38,452 bases of DNA, taken from IMG/VR virus record IMGVR_UViG_3300044667_000034, positions 1 to 38,452 of that record; one strand, 5' to 3'. The DNA comes from a virus (taxonomy: Duplodnaviria; Caudoviricetes). The notes under the pieces were generated by a model. It saw nothing but the letters and a program-made list of their open reading frames with translations, did not search any database and was not told the DNA's origin. Both the position numbers and the translations under genes were made by a program. Numbering within the stretch: the stretch's first letter is position 1; every line of letters starts with the position of its first letter. This document shows positions 14,845 through 22,697 of this stretch, piece after piece.

Positions 14845-15085
14845 AGTGCTCCCAAGTCCGCCAAACCTGGAAAACGGAACATAGAATGCACATTATGCCG
14901 ATGGATAGGGCCTATGAAGTGCTCCGCTCCCGCAGAATCACCATGTTCCGAGGAAGCCACTTCGTTCACACCGAAGGGGTCACAGGTTCGATCCCTGTCA
15001 CGCCCACCATCTTTTTAGGTACTTACGAGGAAACGGCGAAGCGCTCCCGAGGTTTAACAAAACCTTAGCACCGATGAAGCGCTTC
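14841..15085 (+). repeat. Putative integrase arm-type sites (ATGAAGYGCTYC) flanking the attP core
   Basis: ATGAAGTGCTCC at 14841 and 14914; GCGAAGCGCTCC at 15036; ATGAAGCGCTTC at 15074. Confidence 0.6.
14958..15009 (+). other. attP core: 3' half of a tRNA-Val(CAC) gene
   Basis: CTTCG-TTCACAC-CGAAG anticodon arm, ACAGG-TTCGATC-CCTGT T-arm, CACGCCC-ACCA end; no 5' acceptor strand or D-arm; just downstream of int. Confidence 0.9.
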
Positions 15086-15163
15086 ACCCTCCCCGCCCTA
15101 TCCTTCCTGATTATCATAGCGGCGACACTGGTTTACGCAGCGGTGGAGTTCGTCATAAGATAG
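15074..15163 (+). CDS. Possible 29-aa hydrophobic peptide (MKRFTLPALSFLIIIAATLVYAAVEFVIR)
   Basis: Hand translation; single TM-like helix; no clear RBS. Confidence 0.35.
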   Translation: MKRFTLPALSFLIIIAATLVYAAVEFVIR

Positions 15164-15254
15164 GCAGATGAACCGCCCCGTTTTCGGTTAGGTTGACGAG
15201 GTGCTCGCAAAACCAACTCAGCCGGCAATTTATAGCGGAAAGTCGATAACTTCG

Positions 15255-16385
15255 CTAAATTCCCACGTAGGACCGTTGCAGTTCACCCGTCTCGGCGTGA
15301 AGAGTTATCGCTTGCAGCTGCGACCGCGCCACATAGGCATGGGAATATGCATAAGCATCACGCGAGGTCATTGCCCGCAGCCGCTCGTGCTTCACGCCGC
15401 CGATGTCCTCCATCTTCGCGCTATGGAAGTGACCCGACCATAGAAACCGATGTCGGGTCGCGCCCCATATCTCCGCGTGTTCATCAGCCATAAACATGAC
15501 CATTCGCTCGGGCTTCGCTTTGTCGCCGTGCGCCGCGGCAAGCATGTTCTTCCCAAATTGGTATGCCCAAAAGCCACCCGGCTCCTTCCTGACTGTGACG
15601 CGCGGGTTCAGGCGATATCTCTCCGCCAGGGCGAACATGAGCGCGATACAGGAGTGTGGGGAATGGTTGCCCTCGAGGATGACAAGCGTCACCTTCTCAT
15701 GTTTTGCCAGCGTGAGTTCCACCGCGTCTGAAAGAGCGGATACACTTTCCTCGATCGTGCGGAAGTATCTGCTATCGACATCGAGGACGTGCTTCGAGCG
15801 TGGCGTCTGGTTCGTGTTGTCGTCCATGTGGGTTGTGTCTCCCACGTCGAGGATGACGGCTTCTTTCGATGCAGGTGATGCGGCAACCAGCCTTCCGACC
15901 CATTCCCTCAATCTCGTGACGGCGATTTTCGTATCATATGAGACGCCGACTTCCCGCCCCCAGGACATTTGCCCTATATGCATGTCGGCCAGACAGTACA
16001 CCGTGCACAATTCCTCCAGAATGCGCTCAGGAGGTGCTACCGGCGCGGCCGGCTCCATATCCTCGAAAGCAGCCTTAATGCGCGCGAGAACGTCGTCTGA
16101 GGTCTCCTGTTGAGGCCGGATGTAGATTGACCTGGAGACGCCATCCTCGCCCTTGCCCGTCTTGATCCACATGCCGGAAGGGACAATGCTCGTGCCGACG
16201 ACATCCATTCCAGCGGAGACGGCGGGGTCCCGGTTCTTCCGCCTCTCAGCCTCCGCCAATCGACGACGGATGGTGGCTTCGCTCACGCCCAGGATTTCCG
16301 CAGCTTTCGTGTGGACCTTGCCGACCCCGTTCCAGACCTCAACCGTTCGGTCGATGTCCTCCCCTGACACTGGACGCGCCGCCAT
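15255..16385 (-). CDS. Calcineurin-like metallophosphoesterase with an N-terminal HTH
   Basis: Motifs ADMHIG, VGDTTH, EGNH, HGD and GHFH; N-terminal 'KAAEILGVSEATIRRRL'. Confidence 0.85.
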   Translation of the reverse strand: MAARPVSGEDIDRTVEVWNGVGKVHTKAAEILGVSEATIRRRLAEAERRKNRDPAVSAGMDVVGTSIVPSGMWIKTGKGEDGVSRSIYIRPQQETSDDVLARIKAAFEDMEPAAPVAPPERILEELCTVYCLADMHIGQMSWGREVGVSYDTKIAVTRLREWVGRLVAASPASKEAVILDVGDTTHMDDNTNQTPRSKHVLDVDSRYFRTIEESVSALSDAVELTLAKHEKVTLVILEGNHSPHSCIALMFALAERYRLNPRVTVRKEPGGFWAYQFGKNMLAAAHGDKAKPERMVMFMADEHAEIWGATRHRFLWSGHFHSAKMEDIGGVKHERLRAMTSRDAYAYSHAYVARSQLQAITLHAETGELQRSYVGI

Positions 16386-16544
16386 TCACTTGCGCTCCCG
16401 ATCGGCCGCGACGACTGCAATCTGGGCAAGCAGCTCCATAAGCTCGAGGAAGGAGATTTCGCCAAGCTTCACCCCGGCGTGCATCAGGTCGTAGGACGGG
16501 GCCTTGCCGTCGTATTTGTTGGTTCGGACGTAGAACTTTCTCAT
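16386..16544 (-). CDS. Small hypothetical protein (52 aa)
   Basis: Hand translation MRKFYVRTNKYDGKAPSYDLMHAG...; fills the gap exactly with coupled start and stop. Confidence 0.65.
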   Translation of the reverse strand: MRKFYVRTNKYDGKAPSYDLMHAGVKLGEISFLELMELLAQIAVVAADRERK

Positions 16545-16765
16545 CCGCCGTTCTCCAATTCCTGCAAGAGGCGGTTCTGATACCAGATGGCTTTCCTGAT
16601 ATCCTCAGATGGCTTCCCCTTGCTTCTGCACCGCCATTGGTACTTGAAGACGTTGCCGCGGAGGTAACCGATGAATTCCTCGCGCGAGAGCATGGCCTTC
16701 ATGGCGTCGATGCACTCGACGCTGGAGCCGGTGTAGTGCGGGGGATGATTGACGGTATCTGTCAT
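16541..16765 (-). CDS. DUF3310 (T7 gp1.7-like) protein
   Basis: 'DTVNHPPHY...ECID...GNVFKYQWR...K...EDIRKAIWY'. Confidence 0.9.
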   Translation of the reverse strand: MTDTVNHPPHYTGSSVECIDAMKAMLSREEFIGYLRGNVFKYQWRCRSKGKPSEDIRKAIWYQNRLLQELENGG

Positions 16766-17016
16766 CCGCCCACCTTTGTCAGCAAGGCCTTGATCGATGA
16801 CCAATAGGCAATCACGAAGCCGCCGGCCACGGCAGCCACCCCGTAGAGCCACCGAGCCACCTTGAGGCCGCCCTTGGCCTCAGTGATAAGGTCAATCAAC
16901 TGATCTTGTTTGGCCTCGATGTCGTCGATCTTCTTGGCGAGATCGGCAACCTTCTCCTGGACGTACTCCAGCTTGGTCTCCATGCGGGCGATTCGCTCCC
17001 CGTGCGCGTCTGTCAT
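16762..17016 (-). CDS. Coiled-coil protein with a C-terminal TM helix (lysis-associated, holin-like)
   Basis: MTDAHGERIARMETK... heptads followed by 'WLYGVAAVAGGFVIAYW'. Confidence 0.7.
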   Translation of the reverse strand: MTDAHGERIARMETKLEYVQEKVADLAKKIDDIEAKQDQLIDLITEAKGGLKVARWLYGVAAVAGGFVIAYWSSIKALLTKVGG

Positions 17017-17747
17017 TATGCCCTCGCCAGCAGTTCGCAGATCGTGGAGCCGGTCGGCACGACAAAACCATATCCCGTCGTGGTGGCAGCGAACGGGCTC
17101 AGCGGCCACAGAGCGACACCCACGGAAATACCGATGAGTTCATGGTCCTTGTTGTAAACCGCACCACCAGATTGACCGGGGATGACTGGGCCGGAGACGA
17201 CGAAGACATTATTCCAGTGGGCCATTTTGCGCTCGTCACCCGCGACTTTGCCAAACCCGACAATATCCTCCAGTGCCATGGGATTGCCGGCCAAGGTGAC
17301 ATCATCGCCTATGTGGACCTTCGAGCAACTGACCCGAGAGAATGAGACGCCGTCGCTGGCGGCCTTGAGCAGGGCGACGTCCCGGTCCTTGCTGATCCAG
17401 AGGATTTCGGCCGGACGAATTGACCCATCCTTGAACCGGAGATCCAGTCGCTTCGACGGGTTGAGCACGACATGCGCCGCCGTGAGGTACAGGCCATTGC
17501 CTATATGCACTCCGCTGCCATGACCTTGGTCGAGGAGAACCTTCACGTCTGCCGGCAACAGCGGCTTGCGCGGGAATTTCGGCGCCGCCTTGTCGATCGC
17601 AGCGAGTTCCTGCCTTGCCACTTCGGAGGCATAAGCTCCCGCGAAGCCGCGGACGAAATCACTGCCCTGCATCGGGAAGATCGCTACACCTACGCCCATG
17701 AGCGCCAGTGCAAGAATCGTGGTGATGATGATGGATGCACTGCGCAT
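17016..17747 (-). CDS. Trypsin-like serine protease with an N-terminal membrane anchor or signal peptide
   Basis: 'GSGV..LTAAHVV' (His), 'DVALL' (Asp), 'PGQSGG' (Ser); hydrophobic N-terminus MRSASIIITTILALALMGVGVAIF. Confidence 0.9.
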   Translation of the reverse strand: MRSASIIITTILALALMGVGVAIFPMQGSDFVRGFAGAYASEVARQELAAIDKAAPKFPRKPLLPADVKVLLDQGHGSGVHIGNGLYLTAAHVVLNPSKRLDLRFKDGSIRPAEILWISKDRDVALLKAASDGVSFSRVSCSKVHIGDDVTLAGNPMALEDIVGFGKVAGDERKMAHWNNVFVVSGPVIPGQSGGAVYNKDHELIGISVGVALWPLSPFAATTTGYGFVVPTGSTICELLARA

Positions 17748-17757
17748 GGGAATGCTC

Positions 17758-18168
17758 CTATCTGCGTCGGATAGCCGACGCGATCGCGGTGATGCCCTTG
17801 CCGACAGCTTGGACACCGAAGAATGAGAGCAGGATGGTCCCCTGCCACTCGTCGAAAGGTTTGGGAAAGGCAGACACGCGCCAGCCAAGGGCGAAGCACG
17901 TGTCCAGTGTCACGAGGAGGAGATGCAGGGCGAAACAGCCGGCAACGAGGGCGGTCACAAGCCGCATTTCCCAGAAGGTGGCCGTGGCGAGCCGGATTTC
18001 CTTTGCGGCTTCGCGATCAGCAATCTGGCGCTCTATATCCTTGATTGCCGTTTCCGCGATCAGGCGGCTTTCGTCGTTGTCTGCGGCAAGCTTGGCCTTG
18101 TAGGCATCCCCGAGAGCAGCAATGAGCGGGCCGGCGAAAAGCTTGGCAATCCACGCCAGCGGGTTCAC
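17758..18168 (-). CDS. Holin-like membrane protein (3TM type)
   Basis: Amphipathic N-terminus, coiled segment, two TM segments, ends 'SFFG...K...RRR'; in the lysis cassette. Confidence 0.65.
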   Translation of the reverse strand: MNPLAWIAKLFAGPLIAALGDAYKAKLAADNDESRLIAETAIKDIERQIADREAAKEIRLATATFWEMRLVTALVAGCFALHLLLVTLDTCFALGWRVSAFPKPFDEWQGTILLSFFGVQAVGKGITAIASAIRRR

Positions 18169-18356
18169 GTGCGCCAGCCCATGCGCTTGGCAAAGGCGTA
18201 GACGCCTTCAACGCCGATCGCGATCAGCGCACCGACAGCGCCCGCGAGCTCCGGGTCTTGCTCGATCATCGTGGCTATGTCCTGCGGGAGAATGCCCTTC
18301 AAGACGAGATAGCCGGCGAGATACCGAAGAGCGATGCGAACATAAGTGGGATTCAT
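18165..18356 (-). CDS. Small two-TM putative holin
   Basis: 'VRIALRYLAGYLVLKG...AVGALIAIGVEGVYAFAKR', directly after the endolysin. Confidence 0.7.
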   Translation of the reverse strand: MNPTYVRIALRYLAGYLVLKGILPQDIATMIEQDPELAGAVGALIAIGVEGVYAFAKRMGWRT

Positions 18357-19051
18357 GCTGCCCTCCCGCGAAACTTGGAGAGGATGGACAGAAGAGCGGT
18401 CCAGAAGTTGGGTTGCTCGGGTGACGGAGCCGGCGGGGCGTCGATCGGATGCGGCAGAACCGGGATCGGCTTGAGGCCGCCGCCAGCCTTGATCGCGGCT
18501 TCGAACTTCTGCGCATAGCCGGCAATCAGCGATGCCTTGTCCGTGCCGTTGATGATCCTGCGGGCGCCTACATAGTCGAACGAATGCTTCGGCGGCGCCG
18601 TAAGAAGCGTTACGTTATAATCGGACAGCTTCTTGCCGGTGAACCAGCCTTCGGTCATGCCGCGGATCATGATGCCCGCAGCGTGCTTCGGCTCAAGGGC
18701 AAGTTCCGGGTGGGAGTGGAGCGGAATGCCGAGCTTGTCCTGTGCCTTCTTGTAGTTGGCCTCCCAGGTGATCTGGACATAGCCTCGACCAAAATACCGC
18801 TGCTTGTAAGGGCCGGTGGGGAGCCCGTAGGGGCGGCCGGCGCCCTTGCCGTATTCCTCGATCGGCCGCATGGTGGCGGCTGTCTCGTGAAACGCCGTGG
18901 CGAGCATGTAGGCCAGCCAGCGTTCGTCGGTGAGGCCGGCAGCCTCATAGGCGTTGATGATCGCCTCCGTGCCGTCCGCTTCGCTCTGACTGAGGGTCGC
19001 GCCGAAAATGCCAGACGCGCGGATGCTGGCGAAGAACTTCGCATTATCCAT
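18353..19051 (-). CDS. Endolysin, glycoside hydrolase family 19-like
   Basis: 'LAYMLATAFHET', 'YFGRGYVQITWEANY', 'ARRIINGTD'; start MDNAKFF with AAGGA RBS. Confidence 0.9.
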   Translation of the reverse strand: MDNAKFFASIRASGIFGATLSQSEADGTEAIINAYEAAGLTDERWLAYMLATAFHETAATMRPIEEYGKGAGRPYGLPTGPYKQRYFGRGYVQITWEANYKKAQDKLGIPLHSHPELALEPKHAAGIMIRGMTEGWFTGKKLSDYNVTLLTAPPKHSFDYVGARRIINGTDKASLIAGYAQKFEAAIKAGGGLKPIPVLPHPIDAPPAPSPEQPNFWTALLSILSKFRGRAA

Positions 19052-19146
19052 AGTGATGTTCCTTGTTTGGTGGGCCGCCGGCCTGCCGCTCACCGCGTCG
19101 GGCTGGCGCGGCAAGCGGTATCGGAAGGATTGACCTTCGGGATGTG

Positions 19147-19175
19147 TTGACTTGAGCCCTGCAACCGCAATAATT
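19147..19175 (+). promoter_or_regulatory. Putative sigma70 promoter for the FkbM moron
   Basis: TTGACT at 19147, about 16-17 nt spacer, then AATAAT/ATAATT; GGGAG RBS before ATG 19200. Confidence 0.5.
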
Positions 19176-19199
19176 GCCGCCTGAAACGGGAGAATTGTT

Positions 19200-20156
19200 A
19201 TGCAGGGTTCGTTCGAAGACGCGGTGCAGACTGTAGCCATCAGCTTGGCCGTACAGGATGGGCTTGATCCTCATGAGCAAATCAGCGTCCACCCAAACGA
19301 CTTGCGCCTACCAATCGACATTGCGATGGCGGGGCTTACCGCCCGCCGCGACCCTGCCGAGGCAGTAACCGTCCGTACGTCCCGCTGGAAACAGTACCGC
19401 TTTAAGGCGGCGATGAGCCTCCTTGGGCAGAAGAACGGCGATTACGCCGCTTTAGCCGATCGGCTCCTGAATGCCTCAGTCCAATACAAGTCTCACGTTG
19501 GTCAGGATGCTTGGGTTGCCGGCATCTTCAACCAGCGCGCCGGAGGGTACTTCCTTGACTTCGGCGCCTTCGATGGTGAGCAGATCTCCAACACATATTA
19601 TCTTGAGAAGCAGCTAGGCTGGCGTGGCATCTGCGTTGAGCCAAACCCGACCTTCTATCCTGTCCTGTGCTCCAAGCGATCGGCCATCTGCGTGAATGCG
19701 GCGCTCTACAAGAACAGCCGGGAGGTTCTGTCCTTCGTTGACGCGCATGGCCTAAGCTCGTTCGAATATCTCGCGAAAGCCGATCAGAATTCCGAGAAGC
19801 GCGAGGCCGCTACCAAAGCCACGATCTCTGTTGATACGATCAACCCGACCGAACTCCTTGACCGCTTCAAGGCCCCGACGACGATCGATTACATGTCCCT
19901 TGATGTTGAAGGCGCCGAGTTTGATGTTCTCAATGCCTTCGATTTCAACAAGTATCGCGTCGTCCTACTTACCGTCGAGCACAACAGCGTTGAGCCGAAG
20001 CGTCAGCAGATCCGTGATTACCTTGCCGGGTTCGGCTATGCAGTCGAAGGGCACCGTAATGATGACTTCTTCTGGCTTAAGGACTTCGGCTTCCCGAATG
20101 ACCCGGAAAAGGTTTTGGCGCGAGTTGCAGAGACCTACAAGATAGGTTCCGCTTAG
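19200..20156 (+). CDS. FkbM family SAM-dependent methyltransferase (moron)
   Basis: 'SHVGQD', 'YFLDFGAFDG...SNT..LE...GWRGICVEPNP', 'IDYMSLDVEGAEF', 'VEHN'; antisense to the late operon. Confidence 0.9.
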   Translation: MQGSFEDAVQTVAISLAVQDGLDPHEQISVHPNDLRLPIDIAMAGLTARRDPAEAVTVRTSRWKQYRFKAAMSLLGQKNGDYAALADRLLNASVQYKSHVGQDAWVAGIFNQRAGGYFLDFGAFDGEQISNTYYLEKQLGWRGICVEPNPTFYPVLCSKRSAICVNAALYKNSREVLSFVDAHGLSSFEYLAKADQNSEKREAATKATISVDTINPTELLDRFKAPTTIDYMSLDVEGAEFDVLNAFDFNKYRVVLLTVEHNSVEPKRQQIRDYLAGFGYAVEGHRNDDFFWLKDFGFPNDPEKVLARVAETYKIGSA

Positions 20157-20158
20157 CG

Positions 20159-21649
20159 CTATTTCCCGACCCAGCCGGTGTTACCGCTGCCGCTTTCTTT
20201 GACGTAAAGCGTCGTGCCTGCGCCGCCATCTGTGCGCGTGTAAAGCGATCCCACCGGTGCCGTCACCGAGCCCTCGGGTGTGCCTGACCCGCTCGTCCAA
20301 ATGGCTGTCCCCGCGCCGGGGCGGATGTTGGTCGAGTAGGTATTAGCCCACCGGGCCGAAGACGAACCGCTGCCGATAGTATTATCTGGGAAGGGGGTAA
20401 AGGCGCTGTCCGTGACACCGTTGAGCGTCACCAGGATATCACTGCCAGCGGCGTTTTTGGCGGACAGGTCTATGGAATGGCGGGCGTTGCCCCCCGAGAA
20501 AGCCGTCCGCTGGAGCATCTGGATATAGCCGCCGGCATAGTTTCCAGAGCCGGTGTAGCTATAGCCGTTGATCCTGAAAACCTCGTCCAGCGCACCAGTC
20601 GCGTCGGTGCCGTTTGCGCGTTTGCGGAAGATGTTTTCTTCATAGCCGCTTGCCGCCGTGTCGCTTTTGACAGTGAACTGCGCACCGAGGCCGTTGATGT
20701 AGCTCAACAGGCTCGTCGGGCTGTCGTACCATGCCAGGCGCGCGCCATTGGGGACCGACAGGGCCTCGTTTACTGTTGTGTTCAGCGCCCCGTTCAGGAT
20801 GACAATACCGCGCTCGAACTTCTGTCCGTTGTCGTGGATGCCGATTGCAGCCGAAGCATCCCCGTTCGCCGGCCCGCCCGAGCCGCCACCGGATGAAAGC
20901 CAAAGGGCGATGAGATCCGATGATGTTGTGGATCGCGTAGTGAACGGAGTAAGGCTGTCATAAGTCGCGGCTACGTTGATAACGTCGATCTCAACGCCGA
21001 GCGCCGCGCCTGTGTTCGAGTTGCGGCGAACGTCAAAGTAACCGCCCCAGGCAGGCTCTTTGTTCGTGGTATTGTCGTTGAGAGCAATGCCGTAAAGCGC
21101 AATAGTCCCGAAGTTTGCGACTGGATCATCGGAAGTGCGAGATGCACCTAATACGCCAACCAGCCCTGTCGGGGATGTCACGGAAAACTCGGCTATGGAG
21201 ATGGAGTAGTTGCGCGTGCTCTCAGGCCAGAGATTACCTGACCCCTGGCGCCAGCCAGCGCCGCTTGACGTTCCTTCCATCCAGACGATACGTCCGCCCA
21301 AAATCGATAGGTCGGGAAGGCTGTGCGGGCCGACGGTGGCAGCCAGCGGGAACGTCGCTGCCTGGTCAATGAGCCATGTCACACCGGTGGCCGAGAGGGT
21401 TCCGGTCCACGACCATGAGCCCGCGGGGATGTAGAGCAGTTTGTTGGCGGCGATGGCAGCATTCAAGGCGATAGTATTTGCCGCCGCGCTCGCACCGGAT
21501 ACGGCCCCATAGTCAGTGATAGACTTGAACGCCGGGGGGCTCACCTTCACCACCGAGCTTCCAGCCGCGTCCAGGCCCGCCATCATGGATATGCCACTGG
21601 TAGAGGCCTGCTTGCCCTGAAGGTACGTGAGGAAAGACTTGTTCGGCAT
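20159..21649 (-). CDS. Tailspike/receptor-binding protein
   Basis: Pectate_lyase_3-like start 'SITDYGAV...ALNAAIAA..LYIPAG'; C-terminal 'GSGTPEGSVTAPVGSLYTRTDGGAGTTLYVKESG..NTGW'. Start could be 21670. Confidence 0.8.
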   Translation of the reverse strand: MPNKSFLTYLQGKQASTSGISMMAGLDAAGSSVVKVSPPAFKSITDYGAVSGASAAANTIALNAAIAANKLLYIPAGSWSWTGTLSATGVTWLIDQAATFPLAATVGPHSLPDLSILGGRIVWMEGTSSGAGWRQGSGNLWPESTRNYSISIAEFSVTSPTGLVGVLGASRTSDDPVANFGTIALYGIALNDNTTNKEPAWGGYFDVRRNSNTGAALGVEIDVINVAATYDSLTPFTTRSTTSSDLIALWLSSGGGSGGPANGDASAAIGIHDNGQKFERGIVILNGALNTTVNEALSVPNGARLAWYDSPTSLLSYINGLGAQFTVKSDTAASGYEENIFRKRANGTDATGALDEVFRINGYSYTGSGNYAGGYIQMLQRTAFSGGNARHSIDLSAKNAAGSDILVTLNGVTDSAFTPFPDNTIGSGSSSARWANTYSTNIRPGAGTAIWTSGSGTPEGSVTAPVGSLYTRTDGGAGTTLYVKESGSGNTGWVGK

Positions 21650-21653
21650 ATTG

Positions 21654-22691
21654 CTATTCCCTCGTGTCAATCCAGCCGTAGGTCTGGATCTGAAGGTCTG
21701 TTGAGAAATTGGTGGAGCGGGTGCGTATCTGGCCCGATGTGTTCGTGCGGACCGTCAGCGTGGCGTGGTCGCTCTCGCCCGCCGCGCCGCGAAGGTCTTG
21801 ACGCGGGGAGGTCGTTTCGGGCGCTTGGTCGTTCACGTCGAGCGAGGAAATCAGCACGGCCCAGCTACCCGCATTGAGCGCACGTGCCCTGATCTTCGCC
21901 CAGACCTTGATGCCGGTCGGGACACTCAGCGTACGCGATACTGCGGTCAGGCCCTGATTGCTCACGTCCACGTCGGTCGGAGGCGATTTGAGCAGGAATT
22001 CATTGCCATACTGCGAGAATTCAAGGATCACCCCGCTTGACCGCACAACCGATCCGATGCGGCGGAAGACGGTATAGTTCGTGGGAAGCGTCGGAGCTGT
22101 TGGAGAAGCTGAAAACAGGATGTCGGTGACGCCCGTGTCCAGCCGCTTGATGGCGAAGGCATGATAGGTGCCGTCCGCGACTGCGCCTGTGTCCAGCCCG
22201 CCCTGATTGTTGCCAGCGGTCCAGAGCGCATCGAGCCGCTTGGTGATCGATGACGCGCGGACGATGGCATATGTGCTGGTGCTGTCCGAACAAGCGCCCG
22301 CCGCGATATCGATATCGTTGGTCGCGTCAGTCGCGTTGTTGGACAGCGTATAGCCGGTGATGAAACTGCGGTTGCCGTCCGAGAGAAGGCCCACGAGACT
22401 GTCCGATACCTGTGACAGGTCAAACACCGCTTCGGCGTCGATGACCCGCGTCGTCCCTGCGGGGATGTTGCCGGCGTCAGAGCGGAAAATCTTCGTCGTG
22501 TCGTCGGGGTCGCAGAAGTTCGCCGTGTCGTAAACCGGCGTTCCGGCAATCCATGCCTTGATCAGCTTCATCAGCGAGCGGACGCCGTTGTCGAGGTTCG
22601 ACGGCAGGCTGCTGCCGCTAATGCCGACATTATCGACATCGGTATTGTCATCAGCGTTGGTGCTGAAGTCGTTCAGTCTCGTCTTTCCCAT
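21654..22691 (-). CDS. Tail fibre protein
   Basis: N-terminal anchor-like 'FSTNADDN...PSNLDNGVRSLM'; 'GYTLSNN..D..NDIDIAAG...GGLDTG...PTLPTNY..FRRIGS' fibre motif. Confidence 0.75.
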   Translation of the reverse strand: MGKTRLNDFSTNADDNTDVDNVGISGSSLPSNLDNGVRSLMKLIKAWIAGTPVYDTANFCDPDDTTKIFRSDAGNIPAGTTRVIDAEAVFDLSQVSDSLVGLLSDGNRSFITGYTLSNNATDATNDIDIAAGACSDSTSTYAIVRASSITKRLDALWTAGNNQGGLDTGAVADGTYHAFAIKRLDTGVTDILFSASPTAPTLPTNYTVFRRIGSVVRSSGVILEFSQYGNEFLLKSPPTDVDVSNQGLTAVSRTLSVPTGIKVWAKIRARALNAGSWAVLISSLDVNDQAPETTSPRQDLRGAAGESDHATLTVRTNTSGQIRTRSTNFSTDLQIQTYGWIDTRE

Positions 22692-22697
22692 GATTCC

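Noticed and set aside
14958-15009. Complete phage tRNA gene
   Set aside because: No 5' acceptor strand (GGGCGTG) or D-arm upstream; it is only the attP copy.
14841-15068. 75-aa ORF across attP
   Set aside because: It spans the tRNA-derived core and arm repeats, would be split on integration, and has no protein features.
20159-22691. Diversity-generating retroelement or invertible tail-fibre cassette
   Set aside because: No reverse transcriptase or invertase in the window, and I saw no TR/VR duplicate or flanking inverted repeats.
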